This document shows positions 31,201 to 41,266 of a stretch of 62,003 nt of DNA, piece by piece. Location: the IMG/VR virus record IMGVR_UViG_3300031707_000016, positions 1 through 62,003 of that record, one strand, 5' to 3'. Within the stretch, counting starts at the first letter, position 1; every line of letters starts with the position of its first letter. The translations under genes were made by a program, and so were the position numbers. The notes beneath the pieces are model-generated. The model was given only the letters and a program-made list of their open reading frames with translations, was not told where the DNA came from and did no database searches. Source of the stretch: a virus. Taxonomy: Duplodnaviria; Caudoviricetes.

Positions 31201-32990
31201 GAATCGGAAAGAATGTGGTAAGGACAGTTGTTAATCAAACTGTCACGGTTATTCTTATCATATGCACTTGCGGAAACATCCATCTCAGCAACAAAGCTTG
31301 AGCTTATGAAATTTCCATTGACATATGCGTAGTCTCCGCTTCGGTACAGATACGATTCAAATCCATCAAAAGAGTTTACGATGCCGTTTATCTCTCCCTG
31401 AGTAGATGTCCACTCTTGGGTATAATATGGATAACTGCTTCCACTTGCCAACATGAACGTAGTATTTCGCTGGTCCAACGTTCTTATGGATGAACTCAAT
31501 GCCGAAGCATTTATGATCTTGTTCTTGAAGATTTTCAGACGAAGCTCTGCCGACGAAAACACTACGAAATTTTGGAAATCCGTATAATCCACGTTCAGCT
31601 CTGTCAAATTTCTGCTAACAGTCAGTTCACGATCAGTCTCATTATCGTGTTGCAAATCCGTCGCAGTATATGACTGATTCGTATTCGTCAAACTGACGTG
31701 TGGAATTGGAACGGAAAAGTTTGGAGGTCCAATCTTGTGAATAACGTTGCCCTGTGGATTCTTAACAATCGCATTGACCACGTATGGCGAAAGTGATATG
31801 TTGGAAACCCAACATGAGGATTGAATTGCAAGGTCGGGCGGCAATTCAGATTGCAACTTTACTAACAAGGTCAGGGGTTCATTTGGAGACTGTCTCTCGT
31901 CCATGACTCCGTGCTGAAGAATCGGCAAAAGTCGGTTATCGCCCAGATTGATGGCGTTCTTTAGGTCGGCAAAGTATTTTTCACGATACGTCGTGCGGAG
32001 GATGTCTGAAATGGGTTGGTAGAAATACTTCGTGAAGTAATCATACACAAACGCTTTCGCTTGCACGTATTGTGGAAGCGGATGTTGTCCAATCGGAGCG
32101 AATTTTCTTTCGATGGACGCCGAAACATATCCATCAAACTGAGCATCCATGTCCGGGAAATCAACGATGTTATCTGAGTTAGACAACAGATAATTGTTGA
32201 AATACGTCTGAATTCCTTGAATACGTACCACGCTTCCGCTGATGCTTGACGGGCCGGATGGAGTAGAAACGGGAGTGGTTGTGTAGATGGTAATGTCTTC
32301 ATACAAATTTCGTAGGAAGTTTACCATTGCCCCATCCGTGTTCAAGAAGAAGATTGACTTGATCGTGTTAATCTGATTCTCATACAACGGACTTACTTTG
32401 TTGTAAATTTGTCCGTATGGACATCCCTTAATTGCCTGCAAGTAAAGAGGAGATACGTCTCTGACTAACACCTTCTTTTTGCAAAATGCTTCGTAGGAAG
32501 CACTTACAGTCGTCAGAGGAATCAGTTTCAACTCACGTCTGGACGGGGAAATATCCTTGATGATGAGCGGGGTGTCTGAACGTCCAGCCATTTCTCGGGT
32601 AAAATTGTATGCAAGAAAGTAACTTCCATCAAGAATTCCCATTGAGGATGACAACTCTGCCGTAGGGTTCACCAATATCTTGGCATTCTTGTATAGAATG
32701 AGATTTGATTGCAACTCCGAGTAAGAATATGTAATTGGGAAATCGAGCGCATTCAGATACGAGAGTGTTACTTCACTGTAACTCTTGGAATCTTCCAGAA
32801 CATCCCATGCGATGAAATTGTTTTCACGGTCCCAAACCGCCAGCTCAACCACGTCATTTTCGGAAAATCCATACCACAAATCTGATGCAAACCCATTAAC
32901 AAACAGGGAATACTCCGTTCGGTTCAGATACGAACCTGTATTCAGACTTGCGGTGTTGTTAGACACCATTTGATATGACGTAAACTCCAT
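28287..32990 (-). CDS. large baseplate or tail structural protein with C-terminal PKD domain
   Basis: KTKGTEES...YG motif of tail/baseplate proteins; PKD signature PIANF...YSWDFGNG...PGVYTVTL. Confidence 0.7.
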   Translation of the reverse strand: MEFTSYQMVSNNTASLNTGSYLNRTEYSLFVNGFASDLWYGFSENDVVELAVWDRENNFIAWDVLEDSKSYSEVTLSYLNALDFPITYSYSELQSNLILYKNAKILVNPTAELSSSMGILDGSYFLAYNFTREMAGRSDTPLIIKDISPSRRELKLIPLTTVSASYEAFCKKKVLVRDVSPLYLQAIKGCPYGQIYNKVSPLYENQINTIKSIFFLNTDGAMVNFLRNLYEDITIYTTTPVSTPSGPSSISGSVVRIQGIQTYFNNYLLSNSDNIVDFPDMDAQFDGYVSASIERKFAPIGQHPLPQYVQAKAFVYDYFTKYFYQPISDILRTTYREKYFADLKNAINLGDNRLLPILQHGVMDERQSPNEPLTLLVKLQSELPPDLAIQSSCWVSNISLSPYVVNAIVKNPQGNVIHKIGPPNFSVPIPHVSLTNTNQSYTATDLQHDNETDRELTVSRNLTELNVDYTDFQNFVVFSSAELRLKIFKNKIINASALSSSIRTLDQRNTTFMLASGSSYPYYTQEWTSTQGEINGIVNSFDGFESYLYRSGDYAYVNGNFISSSFVAEMDVSASAYDKNNRDSLINNCPYHILSDSLNDDYIIFLSMIGHFFDEIYIYIANMPSERHVGSGATEAFTRRIVEYMLETFGWTLDDSLEQANMLNNYLTSEQQEGLNGMSAEDRLKEVRNRILINLPRIFKTKGTEESVRVILACYGVPSSLLTIREYGGVNYTDEKASYTTYERSFMYQWDTSSKYDHFRNNLTTNCNTFLLKFCIGDADSYVYGREQNMLGVVGGGVTANSPSGSGDWTVGFIREPGPNLGRVYFRIGYDNNPQFKITSSTFPLFDGSIYSLMLRRNLVPTGFEYNTNTDAIPSIFDLYVQKNEFGNQTLRLTSSKVSYDYAINHRFSVDSSGSYLMLGGWFADRNGQGFTGAMDKLQVWYDAITDSNFEDYANSINAYSFSGSRPAHQSLLFRMHTDYPFDMRQIAPGDAVPNNFIGLSGPYNVWVGQWRNANPYYATNSINKQFDCLTPTPTQINNMDLMANYAAWSGSQKLVYDTASCRYVSQSTYPWQFKVIDYPSTWGVSKYGPNKFRNEKVRHTSQSIAARFDNKERSTYVPRNNTAPDSNQVGFFVDPQDFRNKDTVRYFGNFDFMDAIGAPFNQYSQSYQSLNLFRKEYASSLNEGSGSRTLFNELITLYKLYFNRSIFEAIRNVVPARANALVGVLIEPSILERPKYPIKPIGSEMNSGSVWYGEATASHYFRDPNTKLCRLTESLLYADFNFNTNSVSNFNTNSMPENRIIDVNLSYLNLPNRMYPVNYLMGGTYIGDMMDPYQLGHFAGGIVADPNIILAPVTVVPIANFIADVTSGNYPLTVNFSNLSVDADGYSWDFGNGTGSVEVAPTYVYNIPGVYTVTLTAFRGELFDVDTQVGYITVNAIPAVSCFSSGSSRSGVAPGGFPTQYTITLGSATGSIQLKFNSYNVPDKYIVIYEGNTVINTGYRGASSYQAALNTALLSRGLPSETIITPGHGTATFLKTGSSSTAIVQTWSPLTGTGWNWTASCPGVTL

Positions 32991-32991
32991 A

Positions 32992-33450
32992 TTATGTTGT
33001 TGGTTTTCTTATTGGCGTGTAAGGGAATGTATCGGAAAAATCAGTCTCCACTCTTCCCTGTCCGACTGCTTTTCGGAGTTCGATAATAACTTGCTTCGTC
33101 GCCATAATATCTGCTACCGAACCACTGGACTCATTCTGCAAGATGACCGAATCGAGCTGTGTTTTCAGTGTGACGTTCTCTTCCTGAACAACATCCAACT
33201 GTTGTTGAAGGGTGTCCACCCTCTGCTCCGTCTCGGAGACTGGGCCCGGTATAAACTCCTCAAATTCCGTATTATAAATATTCTTGACCTTGACGGGGTT
33301 GTAGATAACATTTTGAAGTGGAAATGCCAAATACACTTGATTGAAGTTGGCAGAGGAGCTGTCGAACGTCATGTTCCCAACACTATCAAACTTGTAAGTG
33401 TAGGTTCCATATCGCTGAAAGTTTTGAATGTCTTGCGAAAAATCGCTCAT
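32992..33450 (-). CDS. hypothetical protein with coiled coil
   Basis: 152-aa ORF tightly packed in the structural operon. Confidence 0.65.
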   Translation of the reverse strand: MSDFSQDIQNFQRYGTYTYKFDSVGNMTFDSSSANFNQVYLAFPLQNVIYNPVKVKNIYNTEFEEFIPGPVSETEQRVDTLQQQLDVVQEENVTLKTQLDSVILQNESSGSVADIMATKQVIIELRKAVGQGRVETDFSDTFPYTPIRKPTT

Positions 33451-33451
33451 A

Positions 33452-36121
33452 TTACCTCGTCAACTTGAATGTCTTGCCGCAGTCAAACGTGTAAATTGAC
33501 TGACCATCATCTACACGAATGAGCACCCGATAGTATCGGTCCTGTGGAAGACTCGTCGTGTCAATCACGAAGTAGTTTCCGCCCGGATACTGACAACCTA
33601 TCTGTGTATAACTATCAAAATTCATGACTATTTCGTCGGTCTCATTATCCTTTAATGCGTAGTATGACGATGTTGGCAAGTACTCAGGGATGAGATACTG
33701 TGCTTGCTGTGTTGTTTTTCCAAAAGTTTTGAGTGGGAATTGCTTGCGACTAAATACTCCTACCTTAACAATATCTCCCGCCTTATAGGTAGGAAGAAGG
33801 TTCTGAACTACCACCGTGAATGGTCTTGCAGCATCCAATGCGGTCATTACACTTGAGGACATTTCTACGCTGGAGGTATAGGTGTAAGATGAAGTAAACA
33901 TACTTCCGCTCAATTGGAGACTCAAAATCCCTCCCAACAGATTTCCATCTACGAACTGTCCGTTAAAGCTTGCACTGTTTGCGCCAGCACTTGCCGTGGT
34001 AGGAGACCCATTGGAGCCAGAAATGGTGTAAATTCCAAGTGCCTTTCCGTTGACATACAATCCACTGACGTATGCATAGGCATATGGGGCGATGGTAGAT
34101 GGCAGTGGAATGTTTACCGTAGCACCCAACAACGCCGCCACGGTCCACGATCCGGATAGGATGGCGTTTTCAAATTTGTGGTCAACATATAGTGCAGCAA
34201 AGGAACTTCCGCTAAATACTCCACTTGTAAAAATTGCCTTTGCCAGTGAAGCACTAAATGATTTTCCGCAAGCACCAGCTACAAGTGATTGAGAAATGGT
34301 TACAAATCCGTTGACCATTCCAAACACAGGGATGCCGCTGATATTTCCGGTCAATCCTTGTCCATTCGTGAATCCACTAAACGCATAGAATAGTGGGTCA
34401 AGATAGTATCCCGAACCAGTGCCGTTGAGATAAACCAAGGAGCTTGTCAGTTGACCGACATAGACCCCGAGGAATCCAACGCTACCGCTTACGCTGCCGG
34501 AAATGCTACCGCTTACACTGCCAGAAATGCTTACGTTGTTGCTTTCTTGGACTATTCCATCAACCGAACCCGAGAAATAGGATGCCGTGAAAAGTCCGCT
34601 TCCAGAGATTGTTCCAACGGTAGATACGGAACCGCTGAACGAACCAGTGAAACTTCCCGTGAACTGATAGATTGGAGAACTTCCATAATCGGGAGCAGGA
34701 GGGTTAACCTGAATATCTGTATTCGGCAAATATCCTCCATGAAATGGATCCAAATCCCACGCAGACTGCCAACTATCATAGTGATATCCATTGTTGGCAT
34801 ACCAAAGTGAGTTTTCATTTGGGTCGCCGGGAGCAGCATAATCAAAGTTTTGATTGCTGGCGGTTATGTAGTTTGCGGTAGTAGTGATTATAGCACTTCC
34901 TGAGAAACTGCCACTGACTCCACCGGCAATGTTAAAGGAAGAACCACTCTGAACAGATGAGGAGATGCCCGCTGCGATAGTTGAAATGACTACGCTACCA
35001 GTTGATTGGCTACCCGTGACAAATCCACCTGCGAGAACAATATCATCCCACGCAACATCCAAGAAGGGGGAGAAAATCGTGTTAGTATCACGACTGTAAA
35101 ACTTTAGAGTGAATCCCGAACCAGTTGCCTGAAGTTCATCGGAAGAAACTAGGACCAATCCCTCATTTGGAATGCTTCCACTCAACCACGCCAAAACCAT
35201 TGGCGTCACATCCATATCAATATCCGCTGATTGATAACTGAAACTCTGTGAGCACCAGCTAGAAGTGTACCACGTTCCCCCACCATAGGCAAACGAGGCA
35301 GTAATCAATAGCGGGTTATGAATAAAATCAATTGCTGGACGTGGAATTGGGTCAACCGATTGCGAAAACCACTCAGTTCCGTAGTTGTTATCACGATACT
35401 GCCAACTTACGCCGGTGTCTGAACCTTCGTCGGACATGTATCCGTCTCCCATATTCCAACTCTGACTGATTGGCAGAGCATAGATGATGTATGTGATTGG
35501 AAGATTGTATTCATTACAAACCTTCAATTTGATTGCAAACTTGGGGCTGGCAATTTCACCGGCAGCGATAGATGCTGAAATAGCAACCAAATCAAACTTC
35601 AGGAATGCTCGGTCAACGTATTGTGTAGCGGTAGTTGTCCAGTTCTGCTGAGTGCGGGTGTCCGTTCCAGAACCAGTTCCAGTCAAACATACATCTGAAC
35701 CAGTCAACTGTCCGACAAATTTCCCAAATTCAAGTGGAGAAATAATTGACCCAGTGACGTATCCTATGATTGCACTTCCAGATGCAGGATCTCCAAAGCT
35801 TCCGCTGCCAACCGATCCCGTTCCATTTACGCTTCCAGAAAAATATGAAGCACTGAATCTCAATCCACTTCCGGAAATACTACCACTTGCAAATGCAACT
35901 GTGCCATGCAACGACCCCGAGAAAGTGCCCGTAAAATACGAAACTCCCTGACCATTGAAAATGACATCTGTATAGATGTAATCCTTGGTTGGGTTAGATG
36001 TTTCAACAGGAGTGTTCTTTGTCCCGACCTGAAGAATTTCATCAATGCCAAAGTTTTTGTCTTCCAACTGCGAGCGGTTGGTTACATACGTGTCTTTAGA
36101 TGGATAAATGAAATGATGCAT
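33452..36121 (-). CDS. virion protein with DNRLRE-like domain and SGS/TGS-rich inserts
   Basis: KDTY..NFG.DEIL..RAFLKFD..DVT..V.AW..NEGL..FYSRDT..P.L pattern; Gly-Ser repeats. Confidence 0.6.
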   Translation of the reverse strand: MHHFIYPSKDTYVTNRSQLEDKNFGIDEILQVGTKNTPVETSNPTKDYIYTDVIFNGQGVSYFTGTFSGSLHGTVAFASGSISGSGLRFSASYFSGSVNGTGSVGSGSFGDPASGSAIIGYVTGSIISPLEFGKFVGQLTGSDVCLTGTGSGTDTRTQQNWTTTATQYVDRAFLKFDLVAISASIAAGEIASPKFAIKLKVCNEYNLPITYIIYALPISQSWNMGDGYMSDEGSDTGVSWQYRDNNYGTEWFSQSVDPIPRPAIDFIHNPLLITASFAYGGGTWYTSSWCSQSFSYQSADIDMDVTPMVLAWLSGSIPNEGLVLVSSDELQATGSGFTLKFYSRDTNTIFSPFLDVAWDDIVLAGGFVTGSQSTGSVVISTIAAGISSSVQSGSSFNIAGGVSGSFSGSAIITTTANYITASNQNFDYAAPGDPNENSLWYANNGYHYDSWQSAWDLDPFHGGYLPNTDIQVNPPAPDYGSSPIYQFTGSFTGSFSGSVSTVGTISGSGLFTASYFSGSVDGIVQESNNVSISGSVSGSISGSVSGSVGFLGVYVGQLTSSLVYLNGTGSGYYLDPLFYAFSGFTNGQGLTGNISGIPVFGMVNGFVTISQSLVAGACGKSFSASLAKAIFTSGVFSGSSFAALYVDHKFENAILSGSWTVAALLGATVNIPLPSTIAPYAYAYVSGLYVNGKALGIYTISGSNGSPTTASAGANSASFNGQFVDGNLLGGILSLQLSGSMFTSSYTYTSSVEMSSSVMTALDAARPFTVVVQNLLPTYKAGDIVKVGVFSRKQFPLKTFGKTTQQAQYLIPEYLPTSSYYALKDNETDEIVMNFDSYTQIGCQYPGGNYFVIDTTSLPQDRYYRVLIRVDDGQSIYTFDCGKTFKLTR

Positions 36122-36122
36122 A

Positions 36123-38102
36123 TTAGAGTACTGATCCTTTTATGTCAGAGTCGGGATATTTGACTTCAAAAATTGATGGATCAACCGATGGATAAATGAT
36201 TCCGTTCTTTGTTGCCGCAGCAACGTCATACTCTACTGGTGAATATGCACCATCTAAAGCAGTCTTGTTGTAAATCGTGACCTCGATCACTGACTGAACT
36301 CCATCTACTTTGGCAATTTGAAGATTCAGTTGACTTAGATTGATAGGTTGAGAAAAATTCCAGTTGTCAATGTTAAAGAAATCCTGCACCGTTTGAATGC
36401 AAGACAGTAACGTATCCTTTTTGTTGAATCCTTTATACACCGTGATTACGAAATTGACTCCGATATTGATGACGTATCCATCAATGATGTTAACGCCATC
36501 CGTTATCATTCTGGATTGTTTCAGATGGGTAATCAAATTTGACACCAATGCCTCGTTTGGACTTACCAACTTCTTGTTTGCATCAAAAGACAGAAGATAT
36601 ACGTTAATAGCAAATGGATTGGTTGCGTCATAGGCAATCTTTCGGAAATAGCTGCTGTTGCTGATGTTTCTGACCGAGGCAACGTTATTCTGGTCAACCA
36701 CACCGACCAGAATCTTGTTTACACCTACTTCCAAGTTCGTATCTGAAATGACTTGTGCTTTGGCGATAGACCCGAATTTTGATGGCAAACTATACACCCG
36801 AACCAGATAATCGTTCTGCGTCACTGTTCTGCTCTGTGCAGCAAAATTCGCCATAGAATTCATCTTGATTTCTTCGTCGGTTTCTGAATCCTTACCACCA
36901 ACACATGGAGATGGATTGGTAACGGTCAAAGAATTCTTAACCGTATTGAGCAAATCAACTTGCTCTGGCAACAACCCCTCAGAAGAATTATCAAAGTCTG
37001 CTTGAACTACAGTTCTGATTTCGTCAGACTGACAGTTGCTCTGCAAACCTCCACCAACCAAATAGCGAACCGTTAACGTCGTATTGAATGGAGCAATTCC
37101 GTAGTTTTCATTCTTCAGGAAGTTGCTAGGGTCAAGGGGAACATTGACGTTTGTTGAATTTGTCAACCCTACGTTAATCAGATTGGAATCGAATGTGACA
37201 ATTTCATCATCCACACCGTTGACGCCCGCACCGAATTGAATTTTGGTGATGTTATTCTCATCAACCATAGTAACATAGCGACGAGAAGTCTTCAGGAACT
37301 TCAAGATGTATGGAACTGAATCACGATAGTAACGCAATGACCCCTCGTACTCGGCATCATTTGGAATTGCAATAGGAACCATTTCCTGTGCAATGTAGTC
37401 AACTTCATACCACTTATTGTTGTCGGAGTCAACCATGTCAACTATACCAAGAACGTTATCCTCTTCGAGTTGAATTTCAAAAAATGCTGATGGGGAAGAT
37501 ACCACCACCTGTTTGGTGTAGATTTGTCCCGACGCAATATTTCCTTGCTTCTCAAGCAGGAAAAACTGAGGAGTTCCATCTGGATTGCGAGAATAGACGG
37601 TCTCAATTCTCGGAGACACTGACGAACTGACAGTAAAATCAACTCCCTGAATCAGATTGTAGTACGAACCCCCGTTGTTTGAAAATTGACTATTCTCCTT
37701 GACCAACAACATGTAGTTTGTGTCTGGATAATAGTTTCCATTTCCATCATCTGCCGATGGACAAAGTTGCATGATATTGATTACTCCTGCTGCGGCACGA
37801 CTTGGTTTTACTTTGTATCCGAGGTACGCAGCAAGACTGATGATGTTACGACGCTCCGTAGCACTTAGCATCAACCCTTCTTTGAAAGCGTAATCGGTGT
37901 AGTAACTCAACACGTCACCAACATATGCCGCTTGTTCCATGAACATCATGCCGGGAGATGCGGCAGAAAAATCCTTGTAGGTATTTGGGTAATAGGTCTT
38001 GGCAAAATTGATCAGGGATTCACGCAACTGTGAAAAATCACGGTTAAGATAGCGAATCTCTTTGCTATTTGGCGCAAACGATTTCTGAATTGTGGTTGCC
38101 AT
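36123..38102 (-). CDS. baseplate wedge protein, T4 gp6 / baseplate J-like
   Basis: YLNRDFSQLR..DF...GMMFME.AAYVGDVLSYY; GGKDSET; Q.RTVT.NDY. Confidence 0.85.
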   Translation of the reverse strand: MATTIQKSFAPNSKEIRYLNRDFSQLRESLINFAKTYYPNTYKDFSAASPGMMFMEQAAYVGDVLSYYTDYAFKEGLMLSATERRNIISLAAYLGYKVKPSRAAAGVINIMQLCPSADDGNGNYYPDTNYMLLVKENSQFSNNGGSYYNLIQGVDFTVSSSVSPRIETVYSRNPDGTPQFFLLEKQGNIASGQIYTKQVVVSSPSAFFEIQLEEDNVLGIVDMVDSDNNKWYEVDYIAQEMVPIAIPNDAEYEGSLRYYRDSVPYILKFLKTSRRYVTMVDENNITKIQFGAGVNGVDDEIVTFDSNLINVGLTNSTNVNVPLDPSNFLKNENYGIAPFNTTLTVRYLVGGGLQSNCQSDEIRTVVQADFDNSSEGLLPEQVDLLNTVKNSLTVTNPSPCVGGKDSETDEEIKMNSMANFAAQSRTVTQNDYLVRVYSLPSKFGSIAKAQVISDTNLEVGVNKILVGVVDQNNVASVRNISNSSYFRKIAYDATNPFAINVYLLSFDANKKLVSPNEALVSNLITHLKQSRMITDGVNIIDGYVINIGVNFVITVYKGFNKKDTLLSCIQTVQDFFNIDNWNFSQPINLSQLNLQIAKVDGVQSVIEVTIYNKTALDGAYSPVEYDVAAATKNGIIYPSVDPSIFEVKYPDSDIKGSVL

Positions 38103-38104
38103 AG

Positions 38105-38527
38105 TTATACTTTGTTGGTATCGAGAATAATTTCGACGACATCCTCTTGATTGATTGCATCAACCGTGAACTTTACAGCGATGTACAGTTTATAAATATC
38201 TCGGAGGTCGGAAGTTTGGTCATCTCCGAAGTATTTAACATCAACGGATGTGACCGACACTCCCGGAATCCACTGTGCGACATCCTCTCTAATCGCTTTA
38301 CCTACCTTGTCAGGAATAAAATCGTCGTTTGGTTCAAAGACAATGTTCCACAGACGGCATCCAAACGTAGGATTCATGCGTCTTTCTCCCGGTGCGGTTC
38401 GGATGAGGTTGATGATATTCATCCGGTACGCCGTAAAAGTATCCGTGGACTGGTCAAAATACCCACTCGTAGGTCCACTACGAATAGGCAAATTCAATCC
38501 GATCGGAGTATTTTTAACTATTGCCAT
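38105..38527 (-). CDS. baseplate wedge protein, gp25-like
   Basis: NLIRTAPGERRMNPTFGC.L...FEP motif. Confidence 0.88.
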   Translation of the reverse strand: MAIVKNTPIGLNLPIRSGPTSGYFDQSTDTFTAYRMNIINLIRTAPGERRMNPTFGCRLWNIVFEPNDDFIPDKVGKAIREDVAQWIPGVSVTSVDVKYFGDDQTSDLRDIYKLYIAVKFTVDAINQEDVVEIILDTNKV

Positions 38528-38528
38528 C

Positions 38529-39194
38529 TTATGCTATACCCTTCTTTTTCTTATCAATCAACTTCATCATGGATGAGTAATTGCGAGTCAACGCCCCTTT
38601 AACTGCGGCTGGCACTCCATCTGGTATCGGAGTTGAAGGAATCATTCCTTCTTGAAACACTTGTGGTCTTGACCTTGGTGCTGCGTTCACGGGCGGTGCC
38701 ATTGACGGCATATTTCTTGCAAATGTGGGTTCCTCTTCCATTGGCATTGACGATGCTGCATCTGGGTTGAATCCCGGTACCATTGTCAACCCCGGGGAAT
38801 ATCCACCCGCATAAGCGGCTGCACCGACCAAGCGTTCCCTATCTCGCAGGTCTGATGTCGTCTCGTTCAAAATTTGGTTAAGAATCGGGTCTTTGGCAAA
38901 CTGCCGAACTGGTCTCGGTTGATTTGATGCCGGTGGAGTCTTCATAACAGGGGTTCCGGCGAACAATTCCCTTAAAGACGCCTTGAAATCTGTTGGTGAT
39001 TCCCCAACCCGTGGTTCTTGTGGTTCCACTTGCTCCTGAATGGGTTCTGGCTCGTTTCTTTGCTCGGATACGACCTGTCTGCCCATCATGTTCTGAAACG
39101 TCTCTGCAATGATTGCAGGAAGTTGTTTACGCACTTCTTTTGCTACGATGTGCTCAATTATCTGTGTGAGTTGTGTGAGTTCTGACTTTTTCAT
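38529..39194 (-). CDS. hypothetical protein
   Basis: 221-aa ORF; late-promoter-like motif at 39198. Confidence 0.7.
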   Translation of the reverse strand: MKKSELTQLTQIIEHIVAKEVRKQLPAIIAETFQNMMGRQVVSEQRNEPEPIQEQVEPQEPRVGESPTDFKASLRELFAGTPVMKTPPASNQPRPVRQFAKDPILNQILNETTSDLRDRERLVGAAAYAGGYSPGLTMVPGFNPDAASSMPMEEEPTFARNMPSMAPPVNAAPRSRPQVFQEGMIPSTPIPDGVPAAVKGALTRNYSSMMKLIDKKKKGIA

Positions 39195-39208
39195 AGATAT
39201 AAATATCC

Positions 39209-40804
39209 TTATGCGGGCCGATAGCTCTTACCTTTCCACTCTCCCGGTACTCCAGAACCATTACCAATTCCTATTTTTATAGGTTCCGTTCCCTCGGGTA
39301 TGGACCCACCGTTCTGTCCCGGTGCTAATCCTCCACCAGTCATGAAGACTCTTCGGCTCATTAGTGTGTGTAGTTTATCTCGTAATGCAATCAATTGTTG
39401 AACTTGAACTGGCAACTGAGTCTGTGACGGAGACTCTTTTCCCGCATCCACATGCGAGTGTTTATACCAGTGAGTATGTGCCAATAACCAATTGCAAAGT
39501 TCATAAAGCCAGTTGACCGTCGTTTGACCTAGCAATGCTGGCTCGTTTGTCATGTCATACTCTCCCAAATAGATAGCAGGAGAATTGATGACTGTCTTGG
39601 TATTTGTGGTCAAAACTATCTGTTGGTGGGCATCCACCGTATATTCATTGTCGGTCACGATGGCAAATCTCTTTTTTGAAAATTGCATCATTTCAGCATA
39701 TCGGGCAGACAATACCATTCTGTCCGTGTTGATAACAATTTGGTCTCCATTTAGAATTGGATACTTAAATGCCGACTTTCCAGCAAATTTGGACACTTCT
39801 TCACCCACGCCGAACATCTTTTTATAACAAGTCGTCACCCATCCACTTACGGTTTGACCACTGGTTATTTGCATGGTTGACCCATCGTGATTGATGTTCT
39901 CTTCCAAAAATCCACCGGCGTTCTTTTCGTATTTGGTTCCTTGAATGGTCGCTGGATTAGGACTATGCTGCAACGAAAGCGTCTGCCCCTCCTTCAAAAG
40001 TGTTCTCTGACGATTGCGAATCAAAATCATCGGGTTCCCACCGTCTCTATAATCACGGTTCTTCGGGTCTCCTACGTCATTGCCTCTCAGAGAATCATAT
40101 GCAGTCATATGAATCGTCTGCCCATGACGACTTTCAATCAACAAGTCTCCCTCAAATCGTTTTACAGTGCGTATCTTGTTGTTTGCAACGAAATATTTTC
40201 CCGCATACCCATGATATCCGGTGTTGTCTTTTAGAATTTCTGTGGTGGGAGCTTTGAGAACGGATTCTTTCTTTCCAGTAAATGGAGTGTTGGTGTATAA
40301 CTCGGTGTTTGTTTGTCCAGATACCGATTCGTTGGAGGAAAAATCAAGATTGTTGTTTGGCCAATTGTGACAGTTGACCTTGCGACTGTAGTAAAGCTTT
40401 CCTCCGAACGTAGTGAGAATTACAGTTTCGTTGATAAGAGGATATTCTGAAAGGTTGGTTTCGAGCGGATATGCCCACAGAAGTTGATCCTTGCTCGTCA
40501 CCTTTTCTGAAATCATGGGACGCACCAACGCCCGTCCAATCCACGTATAGTCTATGTCCTTCTTCGGGTCTGCCTTTTTATCCAACAAGTCGCCCGGCCA
40601 TCGGTCAGCATCAACATACCGATGCAAAATGTCTCCCTTTGTGAGGATGGGGTGTTTATCATCCAGTACGATGTCCAACACAACCCCAATTTCCATCTCA
40701 TAGAATTCTATTGGAGCGGAACCTTTTCCGGAAGTATTGGTTGTTGCCAGACCAAAACTGTCTAACTCTCGGGAATTTTTTGTAGTAGATTTCCAGTAAG
40801 ACAT
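39209..40804 (-). CDS. baseplate central spike, gp5-like
   Basis: YPLINETV, EGDLLIESRHGQTI, GDQIVINTDR; HTH/HSH metal-binding tip motif; next to gp25 and gp6 homologs. Confidence 0.65.
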   Translation of the reverse strand: MSYWKSTTKNSRELDSFGLATTNTSGKGSAPIEFYEMEIGVVLDIVLDDKHPILTKGDILHRYVDADRWPGDLLDKKADPKKDIDYTWIGRALVRPMISEKVTSKDQLLWAYPLETNLSEYPLINETVILTTFGGKLYYSRKVNCHNWPNNNLDFSSNESVSGQTNTELYTNTPFTGKKESVLKAPTTEILKDNTGYHGYAGKYFVANNKIRTVKRFEGDLLIESRHGQTIHMTAYDSLRGNDVGDPKNRDYRDGGNPMILIRNRQRTLLKEGQTLSLQHSPNPATIQGTKYEKNAGGFLEENINHDGSTMQITSGQTVSGWVTTCYKKMFGVGEEVSKFAGKSAFKYPILNGDQIVINTDRMVLSARYAEMMQFSKKRFAIVTDNEYTVDAHQQIVLTTNTKTVINSPAIYLGEYDMTNEPALLGQTTVNWLYELCNWLLAHTHWYKHSHVDAGKESPSQTQLPVQVQQLIALRDKLHTLMSRRVFMTGGGLAPGQNGGSIPEGTEPIKIGIGNGSGVPGEWKGKSYRPA

Positions 40805-40807
40805 AGG

Positions 40808-41206
40808 TTAAACAACGGATGATGATGGTGGAAGGACGGTGGGAGCAGAGACTTCTTTGATTATCTCGGAAAGTTTTGCCTTGGAGACGCTTTCGATGAG
40901 TTGTTCCTTCTCTTCATCGGTTAATCCGGTAGAGTCTCCACCAGATGCTTCCAATTGTGCAGACTGAAGTCGTTGAAGTACTGCGGCGAGTTTGATGAGT
41001 TGCTCATCATTCTTGATACCTACATCCATCAACTCTTTGATGCGAGGAAGAAAGACTTGAGCATCATTTATGTTCTTGATATGCCCACGCACGTCTGAAA
41101 AGAGAGTGTCCAACTGGTCCTTCTTGCTTTGTGAACGATCTACGACCTCTTTGCACAAATCACGAAAGGTTTTTCCATCATATACATCGAAATCAAAGGT
41201 TGCCAT
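40808..41206 (-). CDS. conserved hypothetical protein
   Basis: ATG at 41206 (MATFDFDVYDGK) follows a late-promoter-like motif at 41212. Confidence 0.7.
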   Translation of the reverse strand: MATFDFDVYDGKTFRDLCKEVVDRSQSKKDQLDTLFSDVRGHIKNINDAQVFLPRIKELMDVGIKNDEQLIKLAAVLQRLQSAQLEASGGDSTGLTDEEKEQLIESVSKAKLSEIIKEVSAPTVLPPSSSVV

Positions 41207-41266
41207 ACATACATAAATAGACCGGGACGCCCACTTTGAGCGTCCTACTATCAATTATTTTAACGG